Below, one piece after another: positions 55,821 through 64,000 of a stretch of DNA of 64,000 bases. A program made the translations under genes and the position numbers. Positions within the stretch are counted from its first letter, which is position 1, and every line of letters starts with the position of its first letter. Source of the DNA: Candidatus Kapaibacterium sp. (GTDB taxonomy: Bacteria; Bacteroidota; Ignavibacteria; Kapaibacteriales; UBA2268); assembly GCA_963664875.1 (NCBI GenBank), contig OY761611.1:1440001-1504000 (forward strand), read 5' to 3'. The notes below the pieces were generated by a model, which made no database searches, was not told where the DNA came from, and worked only from the letters and a program-made list of their open reading frames with translations.

Positions 55821-57959
55821 TTATTTTATAGGAGTTCTAAGCTCAATTATTACAGTTCGGGAATAATTTCTTCCTTCCGGGCTATCATTATTATAAAGCA
55901 AAAGTCTGCTACCGACACTGTTTTTTTCAACTTTGTTTTCTATCTTAAGTGCATTAAGTACATTTTCGATTCTTTCACCTGCAAGTTTTTCGTTATACTC
56001 AGGGTCTCCGGTTCTGTCGGCATAACCCGTAATGAATATTTCTGTATTTGGTTTAATCTGTTCTTTGACAGCTTTAAGTACATCTATATGTTCCGCTTTT
56101 AGATTTGCTTTATCATAATCAAACAGAATTAGGGCAAATCTATCAATTATTCTATCGTCACGAAGTATCTCACGCTTTTTGCGAATGGTCTTTTGCGATA
56201 TACCGATAGTCCTGCTTTCAGTGTGAGCTTGGTTTCCGGTATATACTATCAAATCAATATCTACATTTTTGTCATATCGAGGAATTGGTAGTCTTTCGAT
56301 ATCCCAGATTCTTTTTTCAAGCTTATCTTTGAAATCGTAGCGTCTGAGTACTTCACCGTTATGTTTTACAAAAATAGTCGCACTATCAATTGCCATACCG
56401 GAAAACTTAGGACTTATTTCAAGCACAGGCGGAGTAGCAGTTCTCTTTATATCCTTTATTATAAACGGCGCAGTGACGCCTTTGTCATTGGAGCTGATTT
56501 CTACTCTTCTGTTTTCAGATTTACCGTCAGGATTGTCATTATTTGCAGCATTCATGGGGAGTGCTCTGTTTTTGACTTTTACTTTTCCTTCCGGTATGTC
56601 CCATATTTGAGTTAGATATTCTTTGATAAGGTTAGCTCGGCTGCCGGATAGTGAAGTGTTATTTGCTTCTTCAGCTGTGGCATTATTGCATCCTGTTATT
56701 ACTAAATCTGCTCCCGAATCCAAAGCACGACGTGCAATGATATTAAGCATATCCTTATATATATCCATTGTATTTGGATTAAGTTTATCAGGGTCAAATG
56801 ACTTTGTCTCTTCTTTGCTTAGCAGATTCAAACTTCCAGGATTAATCTTTGTGCTTCCCTGCTCAAAAAACACATAAGGTAAAAGTGGAAACATTTCCTG
56901 GTACTCTGTTTCTTCTATCACAACAGTAGGATTAGTCATAATATTGCCGTTCTCGTCAATACCATATACCAGAAGTTCGATTTCTGTATCAATCGGCTTT
57001 GGTTTTTCTAATCTATATTTTTCGTATTTCACCGTCTGTTCGACGATAACATTATACTCTTCAATCTCTGTCGTCTCTTCGTAATTGTCAATTAGCTCTA
57101 TTTTATCTTTAGTGATACCTGCAATATATTCAACTATCGTGTCCCTCTGAATTCTGTATTGCTTGTCGCGAGGTTTATCTTTTTCTTTGAGATATGGGAA
57201 TTTCAAAGCAGCACCAAATGAAACAGTAGAAACCAACCAATCTACAGAACTTATCTCCGAGAATGGCAAGTGGTATCTGATTTCAGGTTGCAATACTCCT
57301 GTTGTAAATACAGGGATTCTATAGCCAACACTAAAAGTAGCAAAAAGCTGCATAGCTTTTCCATCAGGCATAGCAAAATCTGTATATTCTGAGCGAATTC
57401 TTTTGCCGTTTTCCAAGAACACTACATTATCGGGCTGCAGCAATTCTTCTTTTTGGTTTAAATTAGTTGAAACAATATACCCTAATTTCAAACCGGCGGT
57501 AGTATAAAAATCGTCAAAAAATTTGAAGCCTGCATGTGCTTCCAAATCAAGCATATTTATAGCAGATTCTATTTGATATTTCGATTTAGCCTGACTGACG
57601 CTTATAGTGTTGTAAGGAGGATTCAAATCTCTAAACTCGGTATTGCCGGTTATATCTTCTTCAGATAAAGTGCCGTCTAAAGTGGAGAAGCCTAATCTTG
57701 CCCCCAAATAAACAGCATTGTTGAGAGGAAGCTCCAGCATCCCGCCAAAGTTAAACCCGTAACCAGTACCGCCTTCAAAGTTAGTACAACAGATAGGTTT
57801 GCCCGGAAGAGACTGGAAATCTGTAAAATGTATATTGTAATTTAGACCTGCATAAGCACCATAATATAATACTGTGTCTTTGTTTCTGCTATTTTGAGCA
57901 AACGAGCTTGCCTGCAGGCATAGAAGAAATGCAATAAAATAAAAAGCTATTGGTTTCAT
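55821..57959 (-). CDS. Outer-membrane beta-barrel protein with two OmpA-like domains
   Basis: N-terminal beta-strands; LSGSRA...GKSENRRVEI and ITGYADRTG...GRNYSRTV; start trimmed to MKPIAF. Confidence 0.85.
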   Translation of the reverse strand: MKPIAFYFIAFLLCLQASSFAQNSRNKDTVLYYGAYAGLNYNIHFTDFQSLPGKPICCTNFEGGTGYGFNFGGMLELPLNNAVYLGARLGFSTLDGTLSEEDITGNTEFRDLNPPYNTISVSQAKSKYQIESAINMLDLEAHAGFKFFDDFYTTAGLKLGYIVSTNLNQKEELLQPDNVVFLENGKRIRSEYTDFAMPDGKAMQLFATFSVGYRIPVFTTGVLQPEIRYHLPFSEISSVDWLVSTVSFGAALKFPYLKEKDKPRDKQYRIQRDTIVEYIAGITKDKIELIDNYEETTEIEEYNVIVEQTVKYEKYRLEKPKPIDTEIELLVYGIDENGNIMTNPTVVIEETEYQEMFPLLPYVFFEQGSTKINPGSLNLLSKEETKSFDPDKLNPNTMDIYKDMLNIIARRALDSGADLVITGCNNATAEEANNTSLSGSRANLIKEYLTQIWDIPEGKVKVKNRALPMNAANNDNPDGKSENRRVEISSNDKGVTAPFIIKDIKRTATPPVLEISPKFSGMAIDSATIFVKHNGEVLRRYDFKDKLEKRIWDIERLPIPRYDKNVDIDLIVYTGNQAHTESRTIGISQKTIRKKREILRDDRIIDRFALILFDYDKANLKAEHIDVLKAVKEQIKPNTEIFITGYADRTGDPEYNEKLAGERIENVLNALKIENKVEKNSVGSRLLLYNNDSPEGRNYSRTVIIELRTPIK

Positions 57960-58009
57960 CTTGTTTCTTATATATATTAACGAATACATTTATTCAAAAA
58001 GTAACATAG

Positions 58010-60079
<2,070 letters not shown>

Positions 60080-60109
60080 GCTGATTTCAGTTTCTTTGGA
60101 ATTAAATCA

Positions 60110-60147
60110 AATGGGTAGTCTTTGATTGAAACAAGAGACTACCCATT
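60110..60147. terminator. Hairpin between convergent ligA and cheB-like genes
   Basis: aatgggtagtct...agactacccatt. Confidence 0.75.
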
Positions 60148-60180
60148 AACTTAAAATAGAATGCAAATCTACTATGAAAA

Positions 60181-61203
60181 CTAAGATTTCTGCAATTTGT
60201 CGTGCAGCATTTTGATTCTGTGTGTAATTGCTTTACCTATTTTATCCAAAGGTACAATTTCGTGCTTTCTTGTAGCTTTGATTGCAGCTTCCGGCATAGA
60301 CGGAGCAACTGCTGACTCAGGATCCTGAATTATCAAAGTACCTCCGGCAGCTTCGATATTAGCACAACCATTAGCACCATCTTTACCAAGACCTGTAAGC
60401 ACAACTCCTATACCATATTTACCAAATGCCTGAGCACCTGAGCGGAAAAGAGGATCTGCAGACGGTTTGCTGAAATTTTCTTCCGGGGCATCATCAAAAG
60501 CTAACTTTTGAGACTTAGGCAAAATATTGAGATGTTTACCACCCGGAGCGATATAAATATTTTTTGGTAAAGAAATATGACCATTCATAGCAACATTGAC
60601 TTTGTAAGGTGTATTTTCCTGCAAATGCTTTGCAAAACCGCTAATCATCCAATCCGGCGCATGTTGAACCAGATAAAATGCAGCAGGCAAATCCGCAGGA
60701 ATATTTCTAAATACTTCTATAAGTGATTTTGGTCCACCGGTAGAAGAAGCAATGGTAACACCAATAAAATCAGGCTTAATGTCTTCTGACACATCTACTG
60801 TAATTGCAGAGGAGCTTGGCTCAACTTGTTTGATTTTTCCTAAGCCCTGCTTGATCGCACGCTCTAAATCATTAAAATCAACAGGTTTCGGGAAATAGTC
60901 ATCTGCCCCTGCATTGAGAGCAAATTCCTTTGTCCCTTGCGAGTCTATGGCAGTAAACATAATAATATAAGGGATAGGTCTGATAGTTTCTCTAACTCTT
61001 CTGATTAGCTCGATACCATCCATAAGGGGCATCATCCAATCTGTCAAAAGAATATCAAATTGTACCTGTTCCATCAATTTCAAAGCTGAGATGCCGTTTT
61101 GTGCTGTAATTACCTGATACCCTTTGCGTGTAAGCAACTGCTTATACGTAGCAGAGGTCATCAGTTCGTCTTCCGCTAAAAGTACTTTTATTTGTCCTGC
61201 CAT
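60181..61203 (-). CDS. Receiver domain + CheB-type methylesterase
   Basis: REC (AEDE, TDWMMP, KP); Ser-His-Asp triad in SSTGGP, VQHAP, LTGLGKDG. Confidence 0.9.
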   Translation of the reverse strand: MAGQIKVLLAEDELMTSATYKQLLTRKGYQVITAQNGISALKLMEQVQFDILLTDWMMPLMDGIELIRRVRETIRPIPYIIMFTAIDSQGTKEFALNAGADDYFPKPVDFNDLERAIKQGLGKIKQVEPSSSAITVDVSEDIKPDFIGVTIASSTGGPKSLIEVFRNIPADLPAAFYLVQHAPDWMISGFAKHLQENTPYKVNVAMNGHISLPKNIYIAPGGKHLNILPKSQKLAFDDAPEENFSKPSADPLFRSGAQAFGKYGIGVVLTGLGKDGANGCANIEAAGGTLIIQDPESAVAPSMPEAAIKATRKHEIVPLDKIGKAITHRIKMLHDKLQKS

Positions 61204-61723
61204 AAGTATATTAGTGTATTGTTTAAAATAAAATTATTTTCACTACTCGACTTACTTACTAATCGTATGAAACCTCAAATTATTTCATGACTATGCAAGA
61301 AAGTAAAACGAACCATAATTTACTAAAAAAAATTACAACTACAAACTCTTTATATCTTTGTAAACATCAAAGCTAAAGCTATTTGTCGTAAAATAATAAT
61401 TTGCAATAAATATATAATTTATCAAAATATTGCCTTTACAATTTTTCCTGTTAATTTTAGTTTTGTAAATTTTAGAGCTTATAAATAGAATATTTATTCA
61501 TAATGCTCTTTTGAGAAAGATAAGTAACTATACCGATTTATCAATATCCTTCCTCTTCTTAGAAATAAACTAAAGCTTTCAATTGAGGAATCTCTGTGAA
61601 GTCATTCAAATAAAAGTACTGTATTTTTGAATAGTTACTTAATTCCTAATACACAAAAAAAATACCCCCATGCAGATTAAGTATATGCAATGGAGGCACA
61701 AATATTTCAAGCAGAGCTATAAA

Positions 61724-62404
61724 TTAGTCAAAAAGCACAGATTCTCCAAAATCGAGTATCCTTGCTTCTTTTCCAAGATTTTCGACCTTGTTTTTAAATG
61801 TGTTGGGGTCAGCAGCTATAACAGGGAAAGTATTATAGTGCATTGGTATTGCGAGTTTAGGATTGACAAACTCAACAGACTTTACAGCATCATCTATACC
61901 CATAGTGAAATTGTCACCTATAGGAGCCATATATACATCAATAGCATTGAGTTCCCCAATAAGTTTCATATCAAGGAATATTCCTGTATCGCCGGCATGA
62001 TATACAGTTTTTCCTCCAATAGTAATCACTACACCTGCAGGCTCACCCATGTACATGCCGTCAGGAGTAGAGCTACCGTGATGAGCTATAGTAAATTTTA
62101 ATCTCCCAAAAGGAAAATTCCAACCACCGCCAATGTGCATATTATGTGCTTTCACTCCATGAGAAGCCACATAATTGGCTAATTCGTTTACAGCTATTAG
62201 CATGCTGTCGTTGTCTTTCGCAAGCTGAATAGCATCACCCAGATGGTCTCCATGTGCATGGGTCAAAACAATAAAATCAGGCTTCAAACTATCCATAGCA
62301 ACAGGTGCGTTAGGGTTACCGGTAATAAACGGATCAATCACAACAGTATATTCACCATCAGAAAGCATAAAAGACGAATGGCTTAGGTAAGTCAATTTGA
62401 GCAT
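61724..62404 (-). CDS. Metal-dependent hydrolase, metallo-beta-lactamase fold (UPF0173)
   Basis: IDPFITGNP, THAHGDH, YHAGDT, PMHYNTF. Confidence 0.93.
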   Translation of the reverse strand: MLKLTYLSHSSFMLSDGEYTVVIDPFITGNPNAPVAMDSLKPDFIVLTHAHGDHLGDAIQLAKDNDSMLIAVNELANYVASHGVKAHNMHIGGGWNFPFGRLKFTIAHHGSSTPDGMYMGEPAGVVITIGGKTVYHAGDTGIFLDMKLIGELNAIDVYMAPIGDNFTMGIDDAVKSVEFVNPKLAIPMHYNTFPVIAADPNTFKNKVENLGKEARILDFGESVLFD

Positions 62405-62563
62405 TTGGAATCTCCTTATCTATCGAAAAAATATTTTTTGTTTCGAGACAAACAATTAATATAAAAATGCTTTAAAATTTGTATTAATATATTATATTCT
62501 TATTTGAAACACAAACGTTTTATATAGTACTTCATTTTTGGAATTACAAGAAAGGCTCGGTTA

Positions 62564-63886
62564 ATGTTTGACCCTTATATTGCACTGATAGGCGGAAGCG
62601 TAATGATATTATTGTCTTACGTTTTTGATTTGGCTTCGAGGAAGTTCAAAATACCCTCAGTTTTGTTTCTGATAGCGACGGGCATGGGTTTGAAATTTCT
62701 TGCTACTTCTTTTGGTATCAACCTCGACAGGCAGTTTTTTAGTGTGCTTGAGCTGCTTGGCATAGTCGGGCTTATTATGATTGTTTTAGAAGCAGCAGTT
62801 GATCTCAAGCTTACACGAGAGAAGCTCTACACAATCAAAAGATCTGCCTTGATGGCAACTCTTATTTTAGTCATATCATCACTCGCGATAGCATTAGTAA
62901 TTATGTATTTCAGGCAGGAGCCATTTTTCAACTCTTTGGTCTATGCCATACCACTTTCTGTTGTCAGTAGTGCTGTGCTGATACCAAGCGTACACAGCCT
63001 CACTCAGAAGAAGAAGGAATTTATGATTTACGAGGCAACGTTCTCGGACGTGATTGGTATTATGTTTTTCAATTTTGTTGTAATCCAACACGGCAGCATT
63101 TTTTCTTTCCAGGGCATGATTACAATCTTATTGACAGTAATAGTTTCTGTTCTCGTGTCGTATTTTTTAGTTTATTTATTTGGTAAGATTACTACTCAAA
63201 TTAAGATATTTATGATGCTAGCAGTGCTTGCTGCACTTTATGGAATCGGAAAGCAATTCCACTTGTCGTCTCTTCTTATCATTTTCATTTTTGGACTCAT
63301 ACTCAATAATACTAAACAATTTTTTGTTTGGAAGTTAGAGGAGTATGTCGATTTCAAAAAAATAGAAGCTATTCGTGATGAATTCCATACTATCACTGCA
63401 GAAACTGCCTTTTTAGTCAGAACTTTTTTCTTTATTGCGTTTGGTATGTCATTAGATTTAGTCCAAATGACCAATCCAAAGGTAATGCTAATTGGTAGTA
63501 TTATAGTTGTGATTCTGTATTTGATTCGCTACATCAATTTCAAGACATTTTTAAAAACAGACGTTATACCTGAAATATTTTTAGCTCCACGCGGACTAAT
63601 CACAATCCTACTTTTCTATAATATTCCGGCAGTTTATCAAATTCAGGACTTTTCTATAGGCATATTATCATTCGTGATTGTAACAACAAGCCTTGTGATG
63701 ATGGGAGCACTAATTGCAACTCCGAAGCATCAAATAGACTCTTTTACGATAGTAGATATAGGCGTAACACCTACTAATGACCTTTTAGTCAAAGAGCCGG
63801 AAGGACCTTACTGCGAACTTGAGACTAATGAGTTTTCTGAGGAAAATAACAGCTCAAAAAAAATAGACACTGAAAAAAAAGACTGA
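62564..63886 (+). CDS. Cation:proton antiporter (CPA/NhaP-like)
   Basis: About 12 TM helices, YEATFSDVIG, FLVRTFFF, APRGLITILL. Confidence 0.85.
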   Translation: MFDPYIALIGGSVMILLSYVFDLASRKFKIPSVLFLIATGMGLKFLATSFGINLDRQFFSVLELLGIVGLIMIVLEAAVDLKLTREKLYTIKRSALMATLILVISSLAIALVIMYFRQEPFFNSLVYAIPLSVVSSAVLIPSVHSLTQKKKEFMIYEATFSDVIGIMFFNFVVIQHGSIFSFQGMITILLTVIVSVLVSYFLVYLFGKITTQIKIFMMLAVLAALYGIGKQFHLSSLLIIFIFGLILNNTKQFFVWKLEEYVDFKKIEAIRDEFHTITAETAFLVRTFFFIAFGMSLDLVQMTNPKVMLIGSIIVVILYLIRYINFKTFLKTDVIPEIFLAPRGLITILLFYNIPAVYQIQDFSIGILSFVIVTTSLVMMGALIATPKHQIDSFTIVDIGVTPTNDLLVKEPEGPYCELETNEFSEENNSSKKIDTEKKD

Positions 63887-63964
63887 TAGTTCTTTTCTCA
63901 TAACAAATTGATTTAGAATTGCTTACACCACAAGCATATATTTATAAAATAGTTTTGAAATGAA

Positions 63965-64000
63965 TAGGGCGATGACATCACTAAAATTATCATCGCCCTA
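63965..64000. terminator. Hairpin, probable terminator (tail beyond the window edge)
   Basis: tagggcgatga...tcatcgcccta. Confidence 0.65.

Overview
AT-rich bacterial chromosome segment, most consistent with the FCB group (Ignavibacteria/Kapabacteria-like). This placement is inferred from T9SS C-terminal domains, a PorV-family gene, a GWxTD protein and a TAnnTTTG promoter. Core genes are trxB, lysA/lysC, guaA, rpmA/rplU, clpX/clpP/tig, tRNA-Leu(TAG), lipid A/LPS enzymes and ligA. Two accessory zones lie among them. (1) A 5.2-kb stress-type island (AraC, cupin, SPFH, baeRF3-like, DUF2959-like) is bracketed by a 141-bp duplication of the lysC upstream region and 5' end. (2) A patchwork from about 17.5 to 30.5 kb runs up to the guaA 3' end. 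In it, unrelated genes are separated by short copies of the ends of neighbouring genes (a phosphatase 5' end x2 and 3' end x1, a T9SS tail plus terminator). These copies differ from the intact genes mostly at synonymous sites, and no integrase or transposase is visible in the window. The right half holds a co-oriented envelope cluster: double-OmpA protein, ECF sigma, a probable dual-membrane anti-sigma factor, TonB-dependent receptor, 1688-aa T9SS-like cargo, PorV-family barrel, GWxTD protein, lipid A acyltransferase and GT9. The best candidates for undescribed biology are the gene-end-anchored, integrase-free cassette accretion and the TBDR/cargo/PorV module. All family calls are by eye; no searches were run.
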